63,703 nt of DNA from an uncultured Thermotogae bacterium (GCA_964443275.1 CAYUCE010000003.1:1-63703), one strand, 5' to 3'. Counted from the first letter of the stretch, positions 41,080-50,285 are shown. Numbers and translations: made by a program. The notes: generated from the sequence alone by a model not told the origin.

Positions 41080-42168
41080 CTACCCATAGGTAACAAATTT
41101 TCCCAACTCTGTAAGGTCTAAATCAGCAATTCCCAGCTCTTTTACTGTGCGGCCTTTTTTCCAGTAATCAACTTGATTCATCACAGAAGCTAGCTTTATC
41201 AATGATTTCATAAGTGGACAAGGAATATTGGCTAAGTCACCTATTGACGCTAAGGTCACCAAACCATAAGGTACATCTTCAGTAATATATCTGTACTGAA
41301 GATTCGAAGCTGCTTTAATTTCCTCGCTTCCATAACAATTATTTATTGATTCCAAAAGTGTATCTTTCTCAGGACCAAAACCGACTCTCATATATAAATC
41401 CGCAAATGAAATTTGTTTTAATCCCAAAGCCTCCAGGGTGGCTAACCTCTCCGCATCTATGCCGTTATACACTCTAGCGATGGATGAAGTAACTCCTTCT
41501 TTATAAACGAGGAATTCGCTATTGGGATCCTCAATTCGCCCTGTGTTAAGTATCATGGGTGGTGGATGCAAAACGGCGTTGATATCGTGTAAGGTGGTTT
41601 CCAGGACGTTATCCAGAATGGTAGTGGAAGGATAGATTTCCTCGAGAATCTCCGCTAATTCATCATTGTCTTTTCCCGGAAGAGCTGCCGCAAATAGCTC
41701 ATTTACCGCGATAGATACCTTTACTTTAGCTGGTCCCTGAATACGAGCAGTATATGGTAGAGTATTTCCTTCTCCCAGCAAAATATCCTTGTCCGATCCC
41801 ATGTCCTTCATCGCCTTGGCGAAAACTAAAGAACCTCCGCCTTTCCCTAACAAGATGACTGCCTGGCCATCTTCAAGATGGGGGCCGCAAGCCTGGGCAA
41901 ATAGTTTATGGCCAAAAGCAGGTACCATGATAAGTATAACCTCAACGCCTTTCACTGCCTCCTCAATGTCTGTGGTCACCATATTTAACTTTGCAAATCC
42001 CTCTCCTGCATCCCCGCTAATTTCGATTCCATCACGCTTCAGTACGGGCTCAATATTCTCCTTGAAACGGGGCAGTTCGAATAGGTTTACCTCATAGCCC
42101 CTCAAGGTAAGATCAGCGGAGCCCGCATAGCCCCCATTCCCAGCACCTAAAATTGCAATCTTTCACAT
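41080..42168 (-). pseudogene. NAD(P)-dependent octopine/nopaline (opine) dehydrogenase family gene with ATG-TGA at codons 1-2
   Basis: The Rossmann segment KIAILGAGNGGYAGSADLTLRGYEVNLF is in frame upstream of the ORF-track start. It is preceded by TGA (42163-42165), ATG (42166-42168) and a GGGAGGTG SD. It may still be expressed. Confidence 0.6.
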
Positions 42169-42269
42169 ATACACCTCCCTCGAACTTATATAGTCAGTTC
42201 TACCGTCCTTGGATTAACCTCGAACATTCTAAGAATGGTTTCGAGGATGATAACTCCAAGTATTCTTTA

Positions 42270-43937
42270 TCAAATATCGGACTGATTTTTAAAATCTGTG
42301 TCATAAAATTCCTTAATTTTATCAATGAGTTCGCCTTCAGGGATCAAAATTGCTTCATCAGCTTCTCTTTCTTTCCATTCAATCCGCTCCTTCTCACATG
42401 ATTTCTTGCCTACTACCAACCGAATGGGTATCCCTAAAAGATCAGCATCATTGAACTTTACGCCAGGCTTTTTATTCCTATCGTCCCAAAGCACGTTTAT
42501 TCCGGCTTTCCTTAATTTGTTATAAACCTCTTCCGCTTTTTTTAAGATTTCCCTCTGTCTTCCCAATGAGACTAGATGAACTTGAAAGGGAGAAATTAAT
42601 GGCGGCCAAATAATCCCTTGATCATCCCAGCTATTTTCCAAAGCCAAAGCAAAAATTGTGGAAGTAAATATTTTGCAACTACCTAAAATAAAGGGATGAC
42701 GGTTTCCATCCTCTCCCATATAAGATATTTCCTGGTTAATCCCATCACGCGAGATGGGAGAGAAGGTGGCTAAATTTGCCGCTTTTACCAACTGTAAATC
42801 TCCCTTACCACATTTGCTGCAAGTTTCACCCTCCTTGACCTGTCTAACATCGTAGAATTCCTCGGGTTCAGGGACATCCCTGCCGAAATTTACATTTAAT
42901 AAATGATAATCCTTTTCATTAGCACCACATTCAAAATTTACCCGGCCTTCTGTGGTTAGATCCGCAATTAACTTAAGCTTATCCGGTAAATCCACAACTC
43001 CTGAGTAACCGACTTCAGCTCCGATCTCCTCCTTGATGGTAATGGCAGGTGCTAAATATAAATCCTCACCTACAATATGTTTTAACTTCTCCTCGCTCAC
43101 CTCGTATTCCCCCCTGATCATGACCACAATTAACCTGCGAGTTTCTTCAGTCTCAAAAATAAGAGTCTTGGTTATGGTGGGAACGGAAATGCCGGCAAAA
43201 TCAGCCAGATCTTCTACGCTTGTCAAATCAGGTCCGTAAATTCGCTTTAACGGCTTTTGCTCTTCGTCTTGAGGGTAGGTGGGAAAGCTTGATTTCGCAA
43301 GCTTATAAGGTGCAATATAGTCACACTGATTGCAGCGGAAGTACTCACCAGTACCTGAAGAAGTTTCTCCCAATAGGGAGAAACCAAGCTCGTTTTCGTT
43401 ATTACTAGTAGATGCTGATTCCCTTACTTGTAATCCCAATGATGAAAAAATCTGGGACAGTGCTTCCTTAAATTGAGAGGAGGTTTGCTTTTGTTCTTGG
43501 TTATCTTTATCCACAGAAAGTATGGTATAGGTATAGTTTCCCTCTCTATTTAATAAACAGCTTTTATTAGTAGCTAGGACTCGGCTGTACCCCAACTTTA
43601 CAGGGAGGTCTCGATAGGAGGATATATGATGCTCCAATAGCTCTATTAGAAATGAGAATAGAACTTGGTCATCAACTTGCTTTATGTTTTGATCTTCGGT
43701 TGATCCTTGATCTAGTGGAAGTGGGAATCCCACTTCTTGGACGTCTATTCCCTGAAGGTGCTTTCGAATAAGTCGAAGTAGATTGTTCCAGGCCCTTCGT
43801 CCTATGGGCAGTAGAATAGGTATCCTCTCTTTGGAAGAGTGAAGTAATCCTCCTTGAATTAGGTAAGCTTGGCCCTTTTCCAAGCTCCCACTCGGTAAAT
43901 TATGAGTAGTTCTTCCAAATACTTTGGAATATCTCAT
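42270..43937 (-). CDS. ProRS paralog: full length, INS and anticodon-binding domains retained, class II catalytic motifs degenerate
   Basis: Collinear with proS at 210-1919. Motif 2 FRDEPRPRGGLIRAREF is replaced by ATNKSCLLNREGNY. Motif 3 GCYGIGLGRL is replaced by GSCKIFTSTI. GANEKDYHLLNVN and IWPP..SPF..HLV...VKFNDADLLGIP are conserved. Confidence 0.85.
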   Translation of the reverse strand: MRYSKVFGRTTHNLPSGSLEKGQAYLIQGGLLHSSKERIPILLPIGRRAWNNLLRLIRKHLQGIDVQEVGFPLPLDQGSTEDQNIKQVDDQVLFSFLIELLEHHISSYRDLPVKLGYSRVLATNKSCLLNREGNYTYTILSVDKDNQEQKQTSSQFKEALSQIFSSLGLQVRESASTSNNENELGFSLLGETSSGTGEYFRCNQCDYIAPYKLAKSSFPTYPQDEEQKPLKRIYGPDLTSVEDLADFAGISVPTITKTLIFETEETRRLIVVMIRGEYEVSEEKLKHIVGEDLYLAPAITIKEEIGAEVGYSGVVDLPDKLKLIADLTTEGRVNFECGANEKDYHLLNVNFGRDVPEPEEFYDVRQVKEGETCSKCGKGDLQLVKAANLATFSPISRDGINQEISYMGEDGNRHPFILGSCKIFTSTIFALALENSWDDQGIIWPPLISPFQVHLVSLGRQREILKKAEEVYNKLRKAGINVLWDDRNKKPGVKFNDADLLGIPIRLVVGKKSCEKERIEWKEREADEAILIPEGELIDKIKEFYDTDFKNQSDI

Positions 43938-43994
43938 TGTGAATCCCTCAAGTCTTTTTAAAAATTGTGAGCATGGTGGAAGTAAGACCTTGGT

Positions 43995-44521
43995 CTAATT
44001 ACTTAACCAGTCAAGACCCAGCTTGGATAGGGTTTCTCGAGTGGGGATTCCTTGTTTGTCCCATCCCCGAGCTCGGTAATACTCATCCAACATTAGATCA
44101 AAGTTCGATATTGCGCAGTCGGTCTCATCTTTATACTGTCCAAACTCCGGTACTTGCTTCATTCTTCATAGAAATAGTCGTATAATTCGTCGGCCTTTCC
44201 CCAAGAGTTGGATCGCCAATTTTTAGTTGGCCAATCTCCAGTTTCATCGCTTGCAGGTAAATCCCCGGTGGTGCCATGTTCCCTAAAAGATGAACTGGAT
44301 GGATGGTTAACCACGGTCTTCTTGGTTTCTTTAACTACCTCCAAGAATTCATCTGAATCTGCAATACTTACCTTTTCCGTGCCTTTTACAGCTATTGCCA
44401 GTAGATTCTTAGAACCCATAATTGCACCTGCTCCACATCTTCCGGCAGCACGTTCTCCAAACATGATTGTGGAAAATTTCACCAATTTCTCACCGGCATT
44501 CCCGATCGTAGCGACTTCAAA
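43995..44521 (-). pseudogene. aldehyde:ferredoxin oxidoreductase (AOR, tungstopterin) remnants
   Basis: Fragment 1 (44521-44159) reads VATIGNAGEKLVKFSTIM..AAGRCGAGAIMGSKNLLAIAVKG...WPTKNW. Fragment 2, in another frame (about 44155-43995), reads the AOR C-terminus MLDEYYRARGWDKQGIPTRETLSKLGL. About 300 codons of the catalytic core are missing. Confidence 0.75.
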
Positions 44522-44609
44522 TTACCACTTCTTGCATCTTAGCATTCTTAAAGCTTGCAAGATACAAGTTTTATCCATTAATGACCTTAAGTAGCCTACA
44601 CTATAAGAA

Positions 44610-45893
44610 TTATAGCACAAATTTCGTACCTATCGAAGCACCCTTCTCAGCCGGCTGTGCAAGCTGAGCGTAGGTTTTCAAAAAGCCTTTAGGGGCCTTG
44701 GATTTTGGTTTTTTCCAGCTCTTTAACCTCTTTGTAATTTCTGCCTGGGAAAGCTCTACCTCTAAGCTACGTTCAGGAATGTTTATTTTGATTAAATCTC
44801 CCTCATCGATTATGGCTAGCGGACCTCCTCTCGCTGCTTCAGGAGAGATGTGACCGATAATTGGACCCCGGTTAAAACCAGAGAATCTGCCATCGGTAAT
44901 CAGGGCAGTGGATTTATCCAAATTTCTTGACACTAAAGCTAAAGGTGTAGACATAAGCTCGTTCATGCCCGGTGCGCCACTTGGTCCTTGGTATTTGATC
45001 ACTATCACATCTCCTTGTTTTATTTCACCCTGCTTTACAGCTTGACAAGCCGCCAGATCACCTATAAAAACCTTCGCAGGACCCCTAAACCGTAACATCT
45101 CTTCTTTTATGGCTGAACTTCTAACTATCGAACCATGGGGACAGATATTGCCTTTTAAAACCGCTAATCCACCATCCTTGAGCAAGGGTTTATCAAAGCT
45201 ATAGATGACCTTCTCATCAAACGGCTTTGCGTTGTTTTTAATGTTCTCACCCAAGGTTACTTCATCTACCGTTAGGCAATCGAGGTTTAGAAACCTCTCA
45301 ACCTGATTTAATATGGTAGGCACGCCTCCGCTCTCATGTAAGTCCACTACAGTGTGTTCACCGCTTGGTTTAACGTTACATAAGAAAGGGACTTTCCTGC
45401 TATATCTGTCAAATGTCTCCAAATCAAGGTCTCTTTTAAGCTCATATGAAAAAGCCAAAAGGTGCAAAATTGCGTTAGTAGACCCTCCACTGGCTAAATA
45501 TGCAATCACAGCATTCTCCAGCGCTTTATCAGAAACGACTTTGGAAGGTTTGATATCATTTTCAACCAACTTGACTATCTTTCTTCCGGACTTTTTTGCT
45601 TCCCTGAGTTTCTGGGCAGAGTGGGCGGGAATGGTGGAAGTACCTGAGCGGGTCATACCTATTGCTTCGGATAGGATCTGCATAGTATTTGCTGTGCCCA
45701 TGACTGGGCAGGCCCCAATGCCAGGACAAGTAACCTCCTCCATGGCTAGAATTTCTTCTTCTGTTACCTCAGAAGTTCCTAAAGCGAAGGTAGCTTCCTC
45801 CAAATCCGGTTGAGTTATCACCTGACCTTTGTATCGGCCCGGGGCAGATGGCATTGACTTTACTTCCTTGCTCTTTGATACCTCCGCCTTCAT
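44610..45893 (-). CDS. IlvD/Edd-family dehydratase, N-terminally truncated (about 130-150 residues missing)
   Basis: Good match from ...CPGIGACPVMGTANTM to the C-terminus. It lacks the N-terminal domain, has no SD before the ATG, and no upstream fragment is present. Confidence 0.7.
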   Translation of the reverse strand: MKAEVSKSKEVKSMPSAPGRYKGQVITQPDLEEATFALGTSEVTEEEILAMEEVTCPGIGACPVMGTANTMQILSEAIGMTRSGTSTIPAHSAQKLREAKKSGRKIVKLVENDIKPSKVVSDKALENAVIAYLASGGSTNAILHLLAFSYELKRDLDLETFDRYSRKVPFLCNVKPSGEHTVVDLHESGGVPTILNQVERFLNLDCLTVDEVTLGENIKNNAKPFDEKVIYSFDKPLLKDGGLAVLKGNICPHGSIVRSSAIKEEMLRFRGPAKVFIGDLAACQAVKQGEIKQGDVIVIKYQGPSGAPGMNELMSTPLALVSRNLDKSTALITDGRFSGFNRGPIIGHISPEAARGGPLAIIDEGDLIKINIPERSLEVELSQAEITKRLKSWKKPKSKAPKGFLKTYAQLAQPAEKGASIGTKFVL

Positions 45894-45965
45894 CTAATAA
45901 CTTCATACCGCTTTCATTTTTAATCACTATACGGTTACTAACCGTAAAAGATCAATCGGTTTTCC

Positions 45966-46970
45966 CTAAATGATAAATCCTTCTTTAAATGGATCATTAG
46001 GGTCCACAATAAGTTGCTGAAACCCGGTTATGTAAGCAGCACCTGTGATTTCGGGTTTAACTGCGACATGATTTCCTACCCTCGTTTCTTCTAGAAGCCT
46101 TCCTTCGAAAATACTCCCGATAATACTTTCATGCACGAAAGTTTCATTTAATTCCAGCTTTCCTTTCGAGTATAAAGAAGCCATTCTAGCACAAGTCCCT
46201 GTGCCACAGGGAGATCGATCGACTGAAGATTGACCGAAGATCACTACTTCTTTAGCATCTGCCCGGGGATTAGAGGGCTTATCATAAATCATGGTCCCGT
46301 TAAAAATTGGCTGAATTGAGGGATCGGGATGCTTTAATTTAACCTGCTGTTTAGCAGCTTCACGTATAGCCTTTTCCTCTTTAATAAGCTCGTTTATTAC
46401 CTCCGGCCTTATAGCAATACTTAACTCCTTTGATGAGACAAATATGTACCAATCTCCACCGAATGCTATATCTACCTTTATCACTTTCCCACTCTGTAAC
46501 TGTAATTCAAAGTTCTCTTTATAAAGAAAAGAAGGTACATTTCTAAGGGTGACATTTTCAACGGAGTTATTTTCTATCTTGGCACGAACCTTTACCAAAC
46601 CAGCTGGAGTATCTAACAAAAGAGTTGTTTCAGGTTTTTTAATTTCAACAATCCCTGTCTCAAGCAGCACGGTAGTAGCTCCTATAGTGCCATGGCCACA
46701 CATATCCAAGTAGCCAAGTGAATCAAGGAAAAGAATACCCGCATCGGCTTGGTCAGAGCATGGGTTTACAATAACCGCTGCCACCATGTCGCGATGGCCC
46801 CTCGGCTCACGTACTATCATTTTGCGTAGACTATCGTAATTTTCCTTAAAGTAATCCCTTTTCTCTGCCATCTTTTTCCCATAAATTTTAGGCATCCCGC
46901 TTAACACTACTCTTGTTGGTTCCCCCGCGGTATGAGAATCGACTACGTTTATAATTCTTTCCGATTTCAT
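45966..46970 (-). CDS. proline racemase family protein (Cys/Cys type: proline racemase or 4-hydroxyproline 2-epimerase)
   Basis: DSHTAGEPTR, DMCGHGTIG and SPCGTGTCA motifs. Both catalytic positions are Cys. Confidence 0.9.
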   Translation of the reverse strand: MKSERIINVVDSHTAGEPTRVVLSGMPKIYGKKMAEKRDYFKENYDSLRKMIVREPRGHRDMVAAVIVNPCSDQADAGILFLDSLGYLDMCGHGTIGATTVLLETGIVEIKKPETTLLLDTPAGLVKVRAKIENNSVENVTLRNVPSFLYKENFELQLQSGKVIKVDIAFGGDWYIFVSSKELSIAIRPEVINELIKEEKAIREAAKQQVKLKHPDPSIQPIFNGTMIYDKPSNPRADAKEVVIFGQSSVDRSPCGTGTCARMASLYSKGKLELNETFVHESIIGSIFEGRLLEETRVGNHVAVKPEITGAAYITGFQQLIVDPNDPFKEGFII

Positions 46971-47028
46971 TTCCTTTATCTTCCCCTTTGCAAGCTATAT
47001 TTTACCTGAAACAAGATTACTACTACAT

Positions 47029-47922
47029 TTAGGAAAGTTTCCCTAACTCCCGCAACTCTTTCTCAATATTCGATCTGACCGCATCTGGTACATCAATTAT
47101 AGGGAAAGGAGAAGGTCCCACCGATTCACCTATAAGATTCAGCGCTTCTTTTGTACCGTAGGGATCAGCAGCCGTAGCTTTAATTATAGGTAAAATTTTT
47201 AACTGCATTTCCTTTGCTTCTTCTAGGTTACCCTTTTGGAAATTGTCATAGATGGAAGCAACTTCTTCGGGAATTACATTTGCCACCGTACAGATTGCAC
47301 CAGCCGCTCCCACAATAAGCAATTGTAAGAGTTGGCTGGCAAAGCCTTCTAGAATTGCGATTTTACCCTTGGTAAGTCGGATCAGCTCGGTGGTATGGAC
47401 AATATCGGTGGTGGCGTCTTTCATTCCCGCGATTATTCCTTGATCAGCAAGTCTGGCCACAGTCTCGGGCTCCAGATTAAGCCCAGCATGCTGACCAGGC
47501 CAAGCGTAAACCAATACAGGAATAGAGACGTTTTCGGAAATCATCCTATAATGCTGATATAGACCTTCTTGGGTAGGTTTAGGGTAGTGAGGAACAGCTA
47601 CGGTTACTCCATCTGCACCCACTTCTTCAGCATATTGCGATAGCTCAATGGTTTTTTTGGTGGAGTGAAAACCCGCGCCTGCCAGACAAGGCACGTCCCC
47701 ATCCACTGCTTCTACACCAGCTTTAATTAAATCCTTCAGTTCTGAATCTGACAAAAGAGTATATTCACCAGTACTTCCAGCTACGAATATACCATGTACG
47801 CCTTTGTCGATCTGCCAGCGAATAAATTCAGCGGTTCTGTCCAGATCTAGATTTCTATCTGAGTCGAATGCGGTAACGACTGGTGGAATTACACCTTTGA
47901 ATTCCGTCATGATAGCGATCAC
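47029..47922 (-). CDS. DapA/NAL-family class I aldolase or deaminase (dihydrodipicolinate synthase family)
   Basis: GIFVAGSTGEY motif and Schiff-base lysine context GMKDAT. Confidence 0.88.
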   Translation of the reverse strand: MIAIMTEFKGVIPPVVTAFDSDRNLDLDRTAEFIRWQIDKGVHGIFVAGSTGEYTLLSDSELKDLIKAGVEAVDGDVPCLAGAGFHSTKKTIELSQYAEEVGADGVTVAVPHYPKPTQEGLYQHYRMISENVSIPVLVYAWPGQHAGLNLEPETVARLADQGIIAGMKDATTDIVHTTELIRLTKGKIAILEGFASQLLQLLIVGAAGAICTVANVIPEEVASIYDNFQKGNLEEAKEMQLKILPIIKATAADPYGTKEALNLIGESVGPSPFPIIDVPDAVRSNIEKELRELGKLS

Positions 47923-48141
47923 TCCTTTGTATTTTTATTGGTTAATTTTGGTGACGGAAATTTTACCAAGACTCCTTTTTTAAAACAATTTGTCAATTGA
48001 AGGCGTAAACTCCTCTATCAAGATTCCCCGGAACATGAACATTGCTCGCCCGACTCTATTGACATCCCCTGATTTGGTAAGCAGCTGCTTTCGTGTTAAG
48101 CTAATTCCTGCCTAAAATACATACTATAGGAGGTCCTTTGA

Positions 48142-49311
48142 ATGAAGATAGAAAGTATCCAGAAATTTCCTCTAATGTTAACTACTAAAAAACAGGCATG
48201 GATTGAGGATGAGTATGTATGGCCATCCAAAGTTCCTTCGGTTATTATCAAAATGAATACAGATAAAGGAATCTCCGGGGTCGGTGAGGGGACAAGCCAG
48301 TTATGGTATCTCGGGGAAACACTAGAACACATCATGAAACTAATCGAGTTATTTGAGGAAAGATTAACAGGAGAGGATCCAACCAATATTAGCAAAATAC
48401 ATGAAATCATGAACCATACTGCTTCTGGAGGAGCCCCATCTAGTAAATCCGCCTTCATGGCAATTGACATGGCAGCTTTGGACATAATTGGAAAAGCTCA
48501 GGAAAGGCCAGTTTATGATGTCCTTGGAGGCGCTTATCGTACAAAATTCGAACTATTAACGAACCTTTATCAAAAAGATCCTCAGTCAATGACTGAGGCC
48601 TGTAAAAAATATGTGAGTAGAGGCTTTCGCGGTCTTAAAATTAAAGTTGGAGATGTATTATTAAATAGAGGTTGGAGTAAGCAGAATTTCAATGAAGAAA
48701 TCGATAAATTGTTTGCGGCACTGGAAGCTGTACCTGATGAAACTTATGTAGATGCTGATGCAAATCAGGCTTGGAAAAGCCCTAAATTAACTGTAAACAC
48801 AGTGCAAAGAAAACTGAACGAATTCACTAATCTTTCAATTGAACAACCACTTCAATACTTTAATATTTCAGGACATAGTTATGTGAGAAAGTCTATTGAT
48901 TGCCCAGTAATTCTTGATGAATCTGTACTTTCACCGGAAATGATGATTGAAATTGTTAAGCAAGAGGCGGCTGACAGAATCGTACTGAAATTAAACAGAG
49001 TAGGAGGCCTTTGGCCTTCTCATAAAATAGCAAACATTGCTGAAGCTGCATCCATTGGGATAAGCGTGGATACAAACCCTTTCACAAAAATTGGAGATAC
49101 CGCACTTTGTCATTTAGCCGCAACTATTAAGGACCCTTACCCGGTAGATGCTGAAGGGCATATCTCATTTTTAGAATCGCTTGAGATTGAGTCCTTTCAA
49201 GGAGGTATTGAGATTAAAGATGGATGTGCAGTTTTACCAGATACTCCGGGATTAGGAATAGAAATAGACGAAGATAATCTTAAAACATATGTTACTGAAG
49301 TGGACCATTAG
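48142..49311 (+). CDS. enolase-superfamily enzyme (MLE-subgroup-like racemase/dehydratase)
   Basis: KxK (LKIKVG); metal ligands in DADANQAW, IEQP, ILDES; second-base Lys in VLKLNRVGG. Confidence 0.88.
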   Translation: MKIESIQKFPLMLTTKKQAWIEDEYVWPSKVPSVIIKMNTDKGISGVGEGTSQLWYLGETLEHIMKLIELFEERLTGEDPTNISKIHEIMNHTASGGAPSSKSAFMAIDMAALDIIGKAQERPVYDVLGGAYRTKFELLTNLYQKDPQSMTEACKKYVSRGFRGLKIKVGDVLLNRGWSKQNFNEEIDKLFAALEAVPDETYVDADANQAWKSPKLTVNTVQRKLNEFTNLSIEQPLQYFNISGHSYVRKSIDCPVILDESVLSPEMMIEIVKQEAADRIVLKLNRVGGLWPSHKIANIAEAASIGISVDTNPFTKIGDTALCHLAATIKDPYPVDAEGHISFLESLEIESFQGGIEIKDGCAVLPDTPGLGIEIDEDNLKTYVTEVDH

Positions 49312-49340
49312 GTGTTACTGATCAAACCAACAGTAAATTT

Positions 49341-50210
49341 CTATTTCTTTCCTTCTTCTTCCAGCAATTTATTGTAAGCTTTGCTTTTGCTCATACCTCG
49401 TTTTTCAGCTGTTTCTTTGATAGCTTCCATTTTGCTCATTCCCTGACTTATTAAGTTCTCCACTTGGTTTTTGATGGATATGTCTTTATATTCTTCCCTT
49501 TTTGCTTGGTTGATTTCACCCTCACTGGCTCCGCTAATGACCAAGGTCATCTCCCCCTTAACCTTGTCCCTATCTTTCAGAAACTTCTGAATTTCAAAAG
49601 GTTTCCCCCGGACAATTTCTTCATATCTTTTGGTTAGTTCACGGCATAAGACCATCTCTCTGGGTCCCAAAACTTCTTGGATTATATTTAAGGTCTCGAC
49701 AATTCTATGCGGTGATTCATAAAGGACTATAGTTCTTCTTTCTAATTTTATGGCCTCAAAATAATCTCTTTTCTTTTTAACGCTTTTAGGAAGTGTACCG
49801 TCAAAAATAAAGCTATTCACGGGCAGCCCGGAGGCGGTTAAGCCAGCGATCAAGGCAGCGGGACCGGGAATGGGGATAACCCGGATGCCTTCTTGATGTG
49901 CTCTTCTTACCAAAGGATAGCCGGGATCGGATATAAGTGGGGTACCAGCGTCGGTAATCAGGGCAATATCTAACCCACGTTTCAGTTTTCCTACGATTTG
50001 ACCCGCCCTTTCCTTTTCTACTCCCTGATAGTAACTACCCTCCAATCTGGTCTTTATATTGTAGTGTTCAAAAAGCTTTCGGCTTTGCCGGGTATCTTCG
50101 GCTATAACTGCATCTACTTTTCTTAAAACCTCCACGGCCCTAAATGTGATGTCCTTTAAGTTACCAATAGGGGTGGCCACCAAGTATAGTTTTCCAAAAA
50201 TTTTTCTCAT
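49341..50210 (-). CDS. rsmI: 16S rRNA (cytidine1402-2'-O)-methyltransferase
   Basis: LYLVATPIGNL.DIT.RA...L..VD.I.AEDTR N-terminus, tetrapyrrole-methylase fold. Confidence 0.9.
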   Translation of the reverse strand: MRKIFGKLYLVATPIGNLKDITFRAVEVLRKVDAVIAEDTRQSRKLFEHYNIKTRLEGSYYQGVEKERAGQIVGKLKRGLDIALITDAGTPLISDPGYPLVRRAHQEGIRVIPIPGPAALIAGLTASGLPVNSFIFDGTLPKSVKKKRDYFEAIKLERRTIVLYESPHRIVETLNIIQEVLGPREMVLCRELTKRYEEIVRGKPFEIQKFLKDRDKVKGEMTLVISGASEGEINQAKREEYKDISIKNQVENLISQGMSKMEAIKETAEKRGMSKSKAYNKLLEEEGKK

Positions 50211-50285
50211 GGCCTGATTTTCTCCATTGCATTCTTCTTATTCAAAGTCTATACTTGCGGAAAAAGTTTGGCAACCAAATAAAGA

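Noticed and set aside
42163-42165. TGA read as a sense codon (alternative genetic code 4/25) or as selenocysteine in the opine-dehydrogenase-like gene
   Set aside because: TGA terminates several well-defined genes in this window (5255-5257, 8193-8195, 21953-21955). Codon 2 is not a plausible Sec position, and I saw no SECIS-like hairpin immediately downstream.
42270-43937. The second proS-like gene as an assembly duplication of proS
   Set aside because: The two copies are highly divergent at the protein level (only scattered conserved blocks) and have different flanks. This is a genuine paralog, not a collapsed or duplicated repeat.
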